The translations under genes and the position numbers were made by a program. From assembly GCA_020632925.1 (NCBI GenBank), contig JACKER010000007.1, positions 308,910 through 372,909 of the forward strand: DNA of 64,000 nt, in the 5' to 3' direction. This DNA comes from Alphaproteobacteria bacterium. GTDB lineage: Bacteria > Myxococcota_A > UBA796 > GCA-2862545. Of this stretch, positions 27,300 through 37,082 are shown one piece after another. Each line of letters begins with the position of its first letter. Within the stretch, counting starts at the first letter, position 1. Under the pieces are notes generated by a model. The model ran no database searches. It saw only the letters and a program-made list of their open reading frames with translations, and was not told where the DNA came from.

Positions 27300-28883
27300 G
27301 TGTGGACGATCCTCGCGACACTCGCGGCATGCACCGACCCGCAGGCCGTGCCGCCCGACGAGGTGCCCCGCGGTGAAGAGCCGGTGGTGCTCCCCGCCCC
27401 GGCGACGCTGCGTCGCCTGACGCGCGCCCAGTACGAGGCGACGCTGGAGGATCTGCTCGGGCCCGGGCTCGTCCTGCCGCCCTACCTCGAGCCCGATCTG
27501 GCCGTGGAGGGGCTGTTCTCCGTCGGCGCCGGCCAGGCCTCGCTGTCGCCCTATGGCGTCGAGCAGTACGAGACGGCGGCTCAGCTCGTGGCGAGCCAGG
27601 TGATGGGCGACCCCGACCGGCGCGCGGCCGTCGTGCCGTGCACCCCCTCGGCCCCTGACGACCGTGGCTGCGCCGAGGACTTCGTGCGGTCCTTCGGCCG
27701 CCTCGCGTGGCGCCGCACGCTGACCGAGCCGGAGGTCACGCGCCTGGCGGACGTGGCCGTGCTCGCAGGGACCACGCTGGACTCGGGCGACACGGGCCTC
27801 GAGTACGCGATGTCGGCGTTGCTGCAGTCCCCGAACTTCCTGTACCGGGTGGAGATCGGCCAGGGTGGGCACTTCGACGATCTGGAGCTCGCCTCCCGCC
27901 TGTCGTACCTGCTGTGGGGCGGGCCACCGGACGCCGAGCTGCTCGACGCCGCCGAGGCGGGTGAGCTCGCCGATCCCGCGGTCCGGCGCGCGCAGGCCGA
28001 GCGCCTGCTGGACGACCCGCGGGCGAAGCGCGGCGTGCGGGCGATGTTCGCGGAGATCCTGGGCCTGTACGGGCTGGACACGCTGAACAAGGACCCGAAC
28101 GTGTTCCTCCACTTCTCGGACTCGCTCGGGGACTCGGCCCGCGAGGAGACGCTGTGGACGGTCGAGCAGGCGACGCTCGGCGACGTGGACTTCCGTGAGC
28201 TGATGCTCTCGCGTCGGACCTGGCTCGATCGCACCCTGGCCGCGGTCTATGACGTGCCCGCCCCCTCGCGCGACGGGTTCGGCGAGGCGGAGCTCCCGCT
28301 CGGCGGCAACCGGCAGGGCCTGCTCGGGCAGGTCAGCTTCCTCGCGCTGCGGGCGCACCCGGTGTCGACGTCCGTGACCCGACGCGGCGTCTTCGTCCGC
28401 GAGACGCTGCTGTGCCAGGGCATCCCGTCGCCGCCCGCCAACGTCGACACCTCGATCCCCGAGTCGACACCGGAGACGCCGACCATGCGGGACCGCGTGG
28501 CCGTGCACCTCGAGGATCCGACCTGCGCCACGTGCCACAAGATCACCGACCCCGTCGGTCTGTCGCTCGAGCACCTCGACGGCATCGGGCGCTACCGGCC
28601 CGACGACCAGGGGTACGCGATCGACGCCAGCGGCGAGCTGGACGGCGAGACCTTCGACGGCCTCGCGGGGCTCGCGTGGACGGTCCACGTCCACCCCGCC
28701 TTCCCCGTGTGCATGACGCAGCACGCGCTCGCGTTCGCGCAGGGACACGTCCTGTCCGACGGAGAGGAGGAGCTCGTGGACTGGCACGCCGAGGGCTTCG
28801 TGGGCGCCGGCTGGCGCTGGCGCGAGCTGATGCTCGATCTCGTCGCCTCGGACACCTTCACCGTGGCGGAGGTGCAGCCATGA
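27300..28883 (+). CDS. DUF1592/DUF1587/DUF1585-family lipoprotein (PSD-type, partner of DUF1552)
   Basis: GTG start gives MWTILATLAAC lipobox. A conserved C-terminal CxTCH… region. Directly followed by a TAT-signal DUF1552-like gene. Family call is from memory of the domain architecture. Confidence 0.55.
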   Translation: MWTILATLAACTDPQAVPPDEVPRGEEPVVLPAPATLRRLTRAQYEATLEDLLGPGLVLPPYLEPDLAVEGLFSVGAGQASLSPYGVEQYETAAQLVASQVMGDPDRRAAVVPCTPSAPDDRGCAEDFVRSFGRLAWRRTLTEPEVTRLADVAVLAGTTLDSGDTGLEYAMSALLQSPNFLYRVEIGQGGHFDDLELASRLSYLLWGGPPDAELLDAAEAGELADPAVRRAQAERLLDDPRAKRGVRAMFAEILGLYGLDTLNKDPNVFLHFSDSLGDSAREETLWTVEQATLGDVDFRELMLSRRTWLDRTLAAVYDVPAPSRDGFGEAELPLGGNRQGLLGQVSFLALRAHPVSTSVTRRGVFVRETLLCQGIPSPPANVDTSIPESTPETPTMRDRVAVHLEDPTCATCHKITDPVGLSLEHLDGIGRYRPDDQGYAIDASGELDGETFDGLAGLAWTVHVHPAFPVCMTQHALAFAQGHVLSDGEEELVDWHAEGFVGAGWRWRELMLDLVASDTFTVAEVQP

Positions 28884-30196
28884 GGGCGCCGCTCTCTCGT
28901 CGGACCGTGCTCCGCGGTCTGTTCCAGGGCTCGGCGGTGGCCGTCGGGCTGCCGTTGCTCGACGCGATGCTCACGTCGAAGGCGTGGGCGTGCGGCGGGC
29001 TGCCCAAGCGCTTCGGCGTCTTCCTGTGGGGCAACGGAACCCTCCCGGACCGCTGGACGCCCACGGGCAGCGGCTCCGGGGACGCCTGGTCGCTGTCGGA
29101 GTCGCTCGCACCGCTCGCGGCGGTGAAGGACGCGATCTGCGTGGTCAGCGGCACCTCGGTGAAGCTCCCGAACCTCGTCCCGCACGGCTCCGGGCTCTCC
29201 GGGCTGCTGTCGGGGGCGCCGTTGTCGACGGACGCGCTCGAGAGCTTCACGGCGCCGACCGTCGACCAGCTCGTGGCGGACGCGATCGGACGCGACACGC
29301 TCTACAAGTCGCTGCAGACCGCGGCGAGCGGGACCAACGGCTTCTCGTTCAGCGGCGCCAACGCACGGCACCCCGCCGAGCAGGATCCGTACGCGTTCTT
29401 CCAGAAGCTGTTCGGTCCGACCTTCGTGGAGCCCGGCAGCGGCGGCATCGTCGACCCGAAGCTCGGGCTGCGCCGCAGCGTGCTCGACGCAGTCATGGCG
29501 GACATCGATGCGCTGAACGGCGTGGTCGGTGCGGAGGATCGGACCCGTCTGGACCAGCACCTGACCGGCGTTCGCGAGCTGGAGACCCGGCTGGCGCGGC
29601 TGCAGGAGGATCCGCCGGACCTCGAGGCCTGCCACCGGCCGGGTGAGCCGCTCGAGGCGTACCCCGACGAGGAGGGTCGCGCGCAGACGGCGGCGCGGAA
29701 CAGGGCGATGGCGGGCGTGCTCGCGATGGCGCTGGCCTGCGACCAGACCCGCGTCTTCTCGCACACGCTGACCGAGCCCGTGAACAACCTGCTGTTCCCC
29801 GGCGCACCCGACGGGCACCACAACCTCACGCACGACGAGCCGGGCACGCAGCCCCAGGTGCACGAGATCATCCTCCAGATCGTAGCGATGTACGCCGAGT
29901 TCATCGAGGCGTTGCGCGCCATCCCCGAGGGCGGCGGGACGCTGCTCGAGTCCTGCCTGGTGCTCGGCTGCTCGGACGTGAGCCTCGGCCGCACGCACAG
30001 CCTGGACGAGATGCCGATCGTGCTCGCTGGCGGGGCCTGCGGCGCGATCCGCATGGACCACCACTACCGCTCGACCACCCTCGAGAGCAGCAGCAAGGTC
30101 GTGCTGAGCTGCCTGCGCGCGATGGACGTGGTGGTCGGGGAGTTCGGGACCGGCGAGGCCCGGGCGACCGACGGCATCACGGAGATCGAGACATGA
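28880..30196 (+). CDS. DUF1552-family protein with a twin-arginine signal
   Basis: MRAPLSRRTVLRGL TAT motif. ATGA overlap with the upstream gene. 438 aa. Confidence 0.6.
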   Translation: MRAPLSRRTVLRGLFQGSAVAVGLPLLDAMLTSKAWACGGLPKRFGVFLWGNGTLPDRWTPTGSGSGDAWSLSESLAPLAAVKDAICVVSGTSVKLPNLVPHGSGLSGLLSGAPLSTDALESFTAPTVDQLVADAIGRDTLYKSLQTAASGTNGFSFSGANARHPAEQDPYAFFQKLFGPTFVEPGSGGIVDPKLGLRRSVLDAVMADIDALNGVVGAEDRTRLDQHLTGVRELETRLARLQEDPPDLEACHRPGEPLEAYPDEEGRAQTAARNRAMAGVLAMALACDQTRVFSHTLTEPVNNLLFPGAPDGHHNLTHDEPGTQPQVHEIILQIVAMYAEFIEALRAIPEGGGTLLESCLVLGCSDVSLGRTHSLDEMPIVLAGGACGAIRMDHHYRSTTLESSSKVVLSCLRAMDVVVGEFGTGEARATDGITEIET

Positions 30197-31032
30197 GCCC
30201 GCTCCTGCTGACGTTCCTGGCCTGCGGCAAGGGTGAGCCCGAGCCGCTCGACCTGTCGGTGTGCGACCAGGTGGGCGCCGAGGACCACACGGTCGTGCTC
30301 GACTCCCTCGTGTTCGGACGGATCGAGGAGGGCACGTCGCCCGGGTTCGACCTCGACGACGCGACCTCCATCCTCAACGGGCTGGACGGCTGCGGCGTGC
30401 CCGATCTGACCGATCCGGACGGCGCTGTCGGCATCGACAACGGGTTCGGTGGGCTGCTCCCCGCGCTGGAGCTGACCGAGGCCGCGGCGGTCGAGGACCT
30501 GATCGCGCAGACGATCACGGATGGCGAGCTGCTGATCACGTTCGACCTCGCGGATCTCGACGACGCGACGGGCGACGGCTGCATCGACGTGACCGTGGGC
30601 CGCGCAGCAGGCACCCCGATGCTGGGCACCGACGGCCAGCTGCTCGACGGCCAGACGCTCGACCGCGATCCCGCCATCGACCCCGTCCGCATCGAGCACG
30701 TCGCCGTGGTCGACGGGACCTTCGAGGCGCCCTTCGAGATCACGATCCCGGTCCAGATCTTCGACGTGGACATGGACTTCACGCTGAAGAACGGGCGCAT
30801 CCGCGGGACCATCGCCCCCGACGGCACGGTGTCCGGCATCTTCGCGGGCGGGGTGGACGTGGCGACCATGCTCGCGATCACCGAGGAGAACAACGTCGAT
30901 CCGGCGCTGCACGACGTGCTGGCGGCGTTGCTCTCGATCTGGGCCGACCTCGAGCCCGACGGGCTCGGCGGCTGCGAGCAGGTCTCGATCGTCTTCGAGT
31001 ACAGCTCGGTGAAGATGTTCTGGTTCGAGTAG
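30193..31032 (+). CDS. Acidic lipoprotein (hypothetical)
   Basis: MSPLLLTFLACG lipobox. ATGA overlap with the DUF1552 gene. Confidence 0.6.
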   Translation: MSPLLLTFLACGKGEPEPLDLSVCDQVGAEDHTVVLDSLVFGRIEEGTSPGFDLDDATSILNGLDGCGVPDLTDPDGAVGIDNGFGGLLPALELTEAAAVEDLIAQTITDGELLITFDLADLDDATGDGCIDVTVGRAAGTPMLGTDGQLLDGQTLDRDPAIDPVRIEHVAVVDGTFEAPFEITIPVQIFDVDMDFTLKNGRIRGTIAPDGTVSGIFAGGVDVATMLAITEENNVDPALHDVLAALLSIWADLEPDGLGGCEQVSIVFEYSSVKMFWFE

Positions 31033-31294
31033 CCGGCTGGGACTGTAGGCTTCGGACTACAGGCTACGGGCTACAGGCCACAGGCTGGTACCATCTCGAG
31101 CAGCCGGCGACCCGGGCGGGTGCTGCACGCCCGCGAGAACAGGCCCGCGACATCCCGGTCGAAGCTGGAATCCGAAAAAGGTCTGGGCGCCCGCGCTCGG
31201 TGATGTCGACATCGCCTGCCACGAAGGTGGTCGACGACATCGAGGTCACTGGCACCGTAGCCTGTAGCCTGAAGCCCGAAGCCCGAAGCCGGCC
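31031..31294. repeat. Imperfect inverted-repeat element (~260 bp). Terminal arms are built from ggctacNgg / gcttcgg short motifs. MITE/REP-like intergenic element
   Basis: Left arm is 31031-31092 (gccggctgggactgtaggcttcggactacaggctacgggctacaggcc…). Right arm is 31251-31294 (ggcaccgtagcctgtagcctgaagcccgaagcccgaagccggcc). Sits exactly between two convergent stop codons. A related gggctacgggctaccggcc motif occurs at 63899-63918. Confidence 0.6.
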
Positions 31295-31296
31295 AG

Positions 31297-31455
31297 TCAC
31301 TCGTCGTCGTCCTCCTCCTCCCACTCGAAGGCCCACTTGAGCCGCGTCGTGGGCTCGGGCGCGGGGAGCTGGAGCTGGGTCTGGAGCCACGCCTGCTCCT
31401 GGACGCTCAGCGCGTCGAGCAGGCCGTCGAGGGTCGCGGAGTCGTCGTCGTTCAT
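31297..31455 (-). CDS. Small acidic protein (52 aa, C-terminal EEEDDDE)
   Basis: ATG with AGGAGG 7 nt upstream. Very high GC3. Confidence 0.55.
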   Translation of the reverse strand: MNDDDSATLDGLLDALSVQEQAWLQTQLQLPAPEPTTRLKWAFEWEEEDDDE

Positions 31456-31751
31456 GGGACCTCCTGCCACCCTCGGATGCAAACGGAGATCCGCCTGATG
31501 ATCGGCGTTCGTCCGTCGAACGACGACGGTCGGCGACGGACGTCCGTCAGTCGTCGAATCCCCCGACGAGCAAGTCCCCGTCGACCAGGACGCTCCCTCG
31601 GGCCACGGCGTTGACAGTATGTCCATGATTTCGTGGATTGATAGGTTGATACGCCGCGAAGCCATGGATCTCGAAGGGTTGGTGCAGGGTCGGATCGCTG
31701 GTACGGTGGTCGCTGTCGTCCCGGCGACCCCGCGACCCACGAGGAGGACCC
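31456..31751. promoter_or_regulatory. Divergent regulatory region with a TTGACA-containing lower-GC block and two palindromes
   Basis: Palindrome cgttcg-tccgt-cgaacg at 31506-31522. Perfect 14-bp palindrome gacggacgtccgtc at 31535-31548. Lower-GC block gttgacagtatgtccatgatttcgtggattgataggttg. Confidence 0.4.
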
Positions 31752-32462
31752 ATGCTCATCTCGAGAACGCTCACCGTCGGCCTGTTGGCGGCGGTCCCGT
31801 CGGTGGCGCTCGCCATCCCCACCGTCACGGCCAGTGGGACCTGTCCGGGCCAGACCATCTTCTCCATCCAGGGGCTGACGCCGAACACCGCGTATGGGGT
31901 GCTGACGTCGACCGACGTGGGGACGTTCCAGGTGCCGCTGGCGGCGGGTGCCTGTCCGGGGCAGGACACGGACCTGTCGGCGGTGGGCATCGCGTTGCAG
32001 ACCAGCGGCCTCGCCAACGCCTTCGGGGAGGCCTCGCTCTCGGTGAACCTGCCCGCCGCCGCTTGCGGCCTCGCGTTCCAGGTGATCGACACGGGCACCT
32101 GCCAGCTGAGCGCGCTCGGCGTCGTCGACGCGTGCGTGAACGACGGCCGGTGCGTTCCCGCGGAGTGGAGCGACAGCGCCTATCTCTACGGCTACTCGTG
32201 CCCGACCGACGTGGGCGAGCAGTTCATGGTCGCGTGCCTGCCCTTCGGGTCCGTGAGCCCCGCCATCTGGGGTACGGGGACATACACCCACGACTCCGCG
32301 ATCTGCGGCGCGGCCCAGCACGATGGCCGCATCACGAACGTGGCGGGCGGCGTCGTCACGGTCGAGGTGGCGCCGGGCCAGGCCGGGTACACCGGCTCCT
32401 CGCAGAATGGCGTGCTGTCGTTGAGCTACGGCCAGTGGTCCTGCAGCTACTTCTTCCGCTGA
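31752..32462 (+). CDS. Secreted LCCL-domain protein
   Basis: Signal peptide MLISRTLTVGLLAAVPSVALA. C-terminal …CPxxxG…AICGAAQHDGRI…GGVVTVE…GYTGSSQNGVLS…SCSYFF matches the LCCL domain pattern. Confidence 0.65.
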   Translation: MLISRTLTVGLLAAVPSVALAIPTVTASGTCPGQTIFSIQGLTPNTAYGVLTSTDVGTFQVPLAAGACPGQDTDLSAVGIALQTSGLANAFGEASLSVNLPAAACGLAFQVIDTGTCQLSALGVVDACVNDGRCVPAEWSDSAYLYGYSCPTDVGEQFMVACLPFGSVSPAIWGTGTYTHDSAICGAAQHDGRITNVAGGVVTVEVAPGQAGYTGSSQNGVLSLSYGQWSCSYFFR

Positions 32463-32468
32463 GCGGGT

Positions 32469-33263
32469 TCAGAAGAACGACACGCCCGCGACGATGACGG
32501 CGCCACCCCACAGCCCGTAGGCGCCGTACCCGAACACCCGCTGGCGGGTCCACGCCGCGTCCACCGCTTCGACCGAGGTGGCGGACGGAATGCTCGCGTT
32601 CTGCTCGTGCAGCGCGAGCCCCGCGGACACGCCGCCGAGCGCGGCCATCGCCCCCGACGTGATCAGCAGCGGCACGCTCGGGCGCCGCCGGCGAGCGGGC
32701 GGTGGCGCCGTCGTCGGAGCGGGAGTGACGGCCGACAGGGGCTCGGGCGCCACCAGCGGCGGCGTCTCGACGAGGTGGGTGGAGAGGACGAGGTCCGCGC
32801 CAGGCTCGAGCAGCACCAGCTCGCCGAACGCGACCTGTCCGGCGGGACCGACCTGGACCAGGTGCAGGCCCGAGGTGACGGGCAGCGGCACCGTGACGCG
32901 CTCGGTGTCGACCAGCACCTCGTGCAGGTCGGGGCGAGGAGTCAGGTCCAGGCTGGCGTCCAGCGGCGCGCGGGGCAGATCGGCCGACACCGACGCGATC
33001 TTCTTCCCGTACATCGGGTCTGGCCCGGTCGAGACCAGGTCGCGCGCTGCCCGGAAGCGGATCCTCGCCCCCTCGAGGTCGCCGCCGTGGACCGACAGCG
33101 CACCCTCGACGTCGAAGAAACGGGAGAGCGTCACGTCGTCGACCAGCGCGCACCCGAACGCCTCCTCGGCGCGATCCAGCGCGGCGCGGGCGTCGTCCAG
33201 GCGCAGCTCGAAGGCCGCCTGCTCCGCCTCGGTGACGAGGGCTCCAGGATCGCCGCAGGTCAC
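32469..33263 (-). CDS. Membrane protein (TPR-like N-terminal part, C-terminal TM), kinase-associated
   Basis: GTG start in GTGA overlap with the kinase stop. 264 aa. Analogous to 18589-19401. Confidence 0.5.
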   Translation of the reverse strand: MTCGDPGALVTEAEQAAFELRLDDARAALDRAEEAFGCALVDDVTLSRFFDVEGALSVHGGDLEGARIRFRAARDLVSTGPDPMYGKKIASVSADLPRAPLDASLDLTPRPDLHEVLVDTERVTVPLPVTSGLHLVQVGPAGQVAFGELVLLEPGADLVLSTHLVETPPLVAPEPLSAVTPAPTTAPPPARRRRPSVPLLITSGAMAALGGVSAGLALHEQNASIPSATSVEAVDAAWTRQRVFGYGAYGLWGGAVIVAGVSFF

Positions 33264-34735
33264 CTCGAGCCCTCCCAGGCGTCCGTCTGGACCCGCCAGA
33301 GGTACCGGGTCGAGGCCCGCCGGTCCACCCGGAACGTGCGCTCGAGGACGGCGTCGCCCGAGACCATGCGGACCTTGTGCGTGCCCTCGGTGAGCTCCAG
33401 GCCCACGATGGGCGTGGCGCCGACGGGTCGGCCGTCGACCTCGACGCTGGCGTCGGGGGGCAGGGAGGCGAAGCTGATGGGGATGCGCGCGCTGGCCGGG
33501 GTCTGCACCGGCTCGGGCGCAGCGGTCGGGCGGGGCGTGACCGGAGCAGGTGCGGGTGTGGGTGCGGGCTCCGGATCGGGCACGGGCACGGGCACGGGCA
33601 CGGGCACGGGCACGGGGGCAGGTGGTGGAGGGGCCGGGGCGGCGATCGGCGGTTGGGGTCGCGGGGGCTCGGGGGCCGGGCGCGTCGAGAGCCAGAGGGT
33701 GCCGAGCACGATCAGCCCGACGAGCACCACCGCGGCGGCGGCGGACACGGCGAGCAGCGTGGTGCCGCCTGCGAACAGGGCCATCCGCACGGGGACCTGG
33801 CCGGTGATCGAGCCGGTCACCACCGGGTGCGACAGGGTCATGGCCTCCGTGAGCACCTCGCCTACGAGGTCGTCGTGCGGCAGCGTGCTGGCGGCGGGGA
33901 CCACCGACTCCGCCCAGTCGCGCAGGCGCGCGTGGTGCCCCGCCTCGCGCAGCAGCTCCGTGCACTGGCGCTCGACATCCCGGGGCTCGGGCCGACCGAC
34001 CGCGTCCAGGGCGCACATCCGGAGCGCCATCCGCAGCGCCGCGTGCTCGAGCTCGGTCCCGGTCGGCGCGGGTGCGGCGGGATCGGGCCGCTTGCCCGTC
34101 AGCATCTCGTGCAGCACGACGCCGAGCGAGAAGACGTCGGTCGTGGGCCCCTCGTTGCCGTAGAACCGCTCGGGGGCGATGTATCCCTCGCTCCCCATGA
34201 TCCCGGTGGAGGTCCGCGCCTCGCGCGCGTCGAACGTCGCCTTCGCGATCCCGAAGTCCAGGAGGACCACCGAGCCGTCGGGCGTGAGCTGCACGTTGCT
34301 GGGCTTCAGGTCGCGGTGCCGCAGGTGCAGCGCCGTGTCGCCGGGACCCGGCTGGTGCCACAGGCGGTGCAGGGCGCGCGCGATCTCGGCCGTGATCTCG
34401 AGCGCGATCTCGGGCGGCAGCGGGCCGTGGCTGCGCAGGACGCGCCCGAGCGAGGTGCCGTCCACGTACTCCATCACCACGGCCCACCGGTCGGCGAGCT
34501 TGACCGGCGGCTCGACGTGGACGACCGCGCGGTCGCGCACCAGCCCGAGGATGCGGGCCTCGTCCCGGAAGCGCTCGAGCACGTCGGCGGGCGGGTTCGC
34601 GTCCTTGAGCAGCTTGATCGCGACGTCCTTGGTGAAGCCGCCCGCGCCGGTCAAGGTCGCCCGATACACCGTCCCGAAGCCCCCCTGACCGAGGACGGAC
34701 GTGATCTGGTACCGGCGGGCGACGTCGGTGGACAC
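33260..34735 (-). CDS. Ser/Thr protein kinase with TM, Pro/Ala-rich linker and C-terminal PEGA domain
   Basis: LGQGGFGTVYRA…VAIKLL…HRDLKPSNV…DFG…APE. GTG start. The track ORF over-extends to 35146. Confidence 0.75.
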   Translation of the reverse strand: MSTDVARRYQITSVLGQGGFGTVYRATLTGAGGFTKDVAIKLLKDANPPADVLERFRDEARILGLVRDRAVVHVEPPVKLADRWAVVMEYVDGTSLGRVLRSHGPLPPEIALEITAEIARALHRLWHQPGPGDTALHLRHRDLKPSNVQLTPDGSVVLLDFGIAKATFDAREARTSTGIMGSEGYIAPERFYGNEGPTTDVFSLGVVLHEMLTGKRPDPAAPAPTGTELEHAALRMALRMCALDAVGRPEPRDVERQCTELLREAGHHARLRDWAESVVPAASTLPHDDLVGEVLTEAMTLSHPVVTGSITGQVPVRMALFAGGTTLLAVSAAAAVVLVGLIVLGTLWLSTRPAPEPPRPQPPIAAPAPPPPAPVPVPVPVPVPVPDPEPAPTPAPAPVTPRPTAAPEPVQTPASARIPISFASLPPDASVEVDGRPVGATPIVGLELTEGTHKVRMVSGDAVLERTFRVDRRASTRYLWRVQTDAWEGSR

Positions 34736-34793
34736 GCGCCCAGGGTAGCGCAACGCTTCCACGTCGGTGTGCGCTCGGCTAAGCTCGATCTCG

Positions 34794-36248
34794 ATGCGCC
34801 GCCTGTTTCCGCTCCTGTTGCTGCCCGCATGCCTCGTGGACCCGACGGCCTGGAGCGACCGCCGCGCAGCGCTGGATTGCGCGGGCGACTGGTTCGTGGA
34901 CTCGGACGGCGACGGGTGGGGCGACGCGCCGGCGACCTGCGGGGCGGCCGGAGCCGTCGAGACGGCGGGCGACTGCGACGACGCCGCGCCGACGGTACAC
35001 CCCGAGGCCGAGGAGATCCCCGCCGACGGGGTGGACGAGGACTGCGACGGCGGCGAGCTGTGCTTCGAGGACGGCGACGGCGACGGGTACGGGCTCAACC
35101 GCACGGTCGAGGGTGGACTCGCCTGCGACGCGCCCGGCCAGTCCACGCGGTCGGACGACTGCGACGACCGCAGTCAGGCGGTGTCCCCCGGCGCCGACGA
35201 GATCCCGTGCAACAGCGTGGACGACGACTGCGACCCGCTGACGCTCGACGTGCAGGAGGAGGTCCCGGGCGACGGCGTGGACCAGGACTGCGACAACCTG
35301 GAGGCCTGCTACGAGGACATCGACGGCGACGGGTATGGCTCGGCGACCGTGCAGAGCCTCGACCTGTTCTGTGCGATCGACGGTCTGGCGGCGCTCGGTG
35401 GAGACTGCGACGAGGGCTCGGGCGACGTGAACCCTGGTGCTTCCGAGGTCTGCAACCGGATCGACGACGACTGCGACCATCTCGTCGACGACGCCGACCC
35501 CGACGTGGATCCGGCGGGCTTCCAGTACGTCGTCGCGGACTACGACCACGACGGCTTCGGCAACGCCACCGAGTCCACCATGGCGTGCTACCCGCCGCCC
35601 GGGAACAACCGCCTCGACTGCGACGACGACGACCCGCTCGCGACGATCGAGCAGGGGTGGTCGCTGGACGAGGACGGCGATCTCGCAGGCGACGGTGAGA
35701 ACGTGGTCACCCAGTGCGAGAACCCTGGTGGAGGGCTGGCTCCGGAGCGCAACGGCGTCGACTGCGAGCCACGCGACCCGGACATCTATCCACTCCAGAT
35801 CGAGGACTGCGGCGACGAGGTGGATCAGGACTGCGACGGGTTGGTCGACTGCGCCGACGAGGACTGCCACTCCGACCCGCGCTGCCTCCCACCCTGCGCC
35901 GACCGGGGCTGGGCACCCGCGTCACTGCCCGCCTCGATCAACGGGACGACCGCGGGTGCCGGGAAGGACGAGACCGGCATCTGCGGTGGCGCCCAGGCGC
36001 CCGACGTCGCGGTGTGGTTCACCTCGCCGGTGTCGGGCCGCGTGAACTTCGTCCTGACCAGCACCGCGTACGACACCATCCTCCACGCCAAGACGGCGTG
36101 TGGCGGTGCTCCTCTGGGCTGCAACGACGACGCCGTGGCCCTGCAGTCCGCGATCTCCATCGACAACGTGGTGGCCGGTGTGCCCTTCCTGGTCATCGCG
36201 GACGGATGGGGCGCCCAGGCGGGCCCGTTCACCTTGCGCGCCCAGTAG
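34794..36248 (+). CDS. Lipoprotein with multiple myxobacterial Cys-rich (DxDCDD…DNDCD) repeats
   Basis: MRRLFPLLLLPAC lipobox. At least 7 repeat units. Confidence 0.7.
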   Translation: MRRLFPLLLLPACLVDPTAWSDRRAALDCAGDWFVDSDGDGWGDAPATCGAAGAVETAGDCDDAAPTVHPEAEEIPADGVDEDCDGGELCFEDGDGDGYGLNRTVEGGLACDAPGQSTRSDDCDDRSQAVSPGADEIPCNSVDDDCDPLTLDVQEEVPGDGVDQDCDNLEACYEDIDGDGYGSATVQSLDLFCAIDGLAALGGDCDEGSGDVNPGASEVCNRIDDDCDHLVDDADPDVDPAGFQYVVADYDHDGFGNATESTMACYPPPGNNRLDCDDDDPLATIEQGWSLDEDGDLAGDGENVVTQCENPGGGLAPERNGVDCEPRDPDIYPLQIEDCGDEVDQDCDGLVDCADEDCHSDPRCLPPCADRGWAPASLPASINGTTAGAGKDETGICGGAQAPDVAVWFTSPVSGRVNFVLTSTAYDTILHAKTACGGAPLGCNDDAVALQSAISIDNVVAGVPFLVIADGWGAQAGPFTLRAQ

Positions 36249-37082
36249 GTGGCGGACGCCGCGTCCCTGACCGCGGAGCTGCGCGCTGCGCTGCCGCCCG
36301 GCGGGGTGTGGATCGTCCACAGCTCCTGTCGCTCGCTGGGCGCGGTGGAGGGCGGCGCGGACGCCGTGGTGGAGGCGCTGATCGCGGCGCTCGGGCCCGA
36401 GGGCACGCTGATGGTGCCCACCTTCACGACGAACCTTACCGATCCCGCGCGCTGGGCGGCGCCACTGGCGGGGCACGAGCGGCTGGCGACGATGGCGCGG
36501 ATCCCGGCCTTCCGCGCGGACCGGAGCCCGTCGTTCGAGATGGGGGCGATCCCCGAGGCCGTCCGCCGGCACCCGCGCGCGCTGCGCAGCGACCACCCGG
36601 TCACGTCCTGGACGTCGATCGGACGACGCGCCCGGGAGCTGCTCGCCGACCACCCGCTCGACGACCCCGAGGGCGAAGGTGGACCGCTGGGCCGCGCCTG
36701 GCGCCTGAACGCGACGATCCTGCTGATCGGCGTGGGTCAGGACCGGAACACGACGATCCACCTGGCGGAGTCGATGCTCGACCTGCCGCACCTGCACGCG
36801 ATGCGCGACCGGTATCCGGTGGACGGGCCGGACGGGCGCTCCTGGCGCGAGGTCGAGAAGACGACGCACTGCAGCGACGGGTTCGTGGCGCTCGAGCCGC
36901 TGCTGGTCGAGGTCGGGGTCATGAGCACGTTCAGGCTCGGCGACGCGCTCGTGCGGCGGATGTCCTCCCCCGACGTCGTCCGGGTCGCGACCGAGCTGCT
37001 CCGCCGTGACCCGACGGCGCTGCTCTGCCACGACCCGGTGTGCCCGAACTGCGTCACCTCACGGACGCTGCTTCAGAACTGA
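36249..37082 (+). CDS. Aminoglycoside N(3)-acetyltransferase family protein (AAC(3)/Antibiotic_NAT-like)
   Basis: 277 aa. …[10 protein letters not shown]… and overall length/profile resemble AAC(3). GTG start immediately after the upstream stop. Confidence 0.55.
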   Translation: MADAASLTAELRAALPPGGVWIVHSSCRSLGAVEGGADAVVEALIAALGPEGTLMVPTFTTNLTDPARWAAPLAGHERLATMARIPAFRADRSPSFEMGAIPEAVRRHPRALRSDHPVTSWTSIGRRARELLADHPLDDPEGEGGPLGRAWRLNATILLIGVGQDRNTTIHLAESMLDLPHLHAMRDRYPVDGPDGRSWREVEKTTHCSDGFVALEPLLVEVGVMSTFRLGDALVRRMSSPDVVRVATELLRRDPTALLCHDPVCPNCVTSRTLLQN

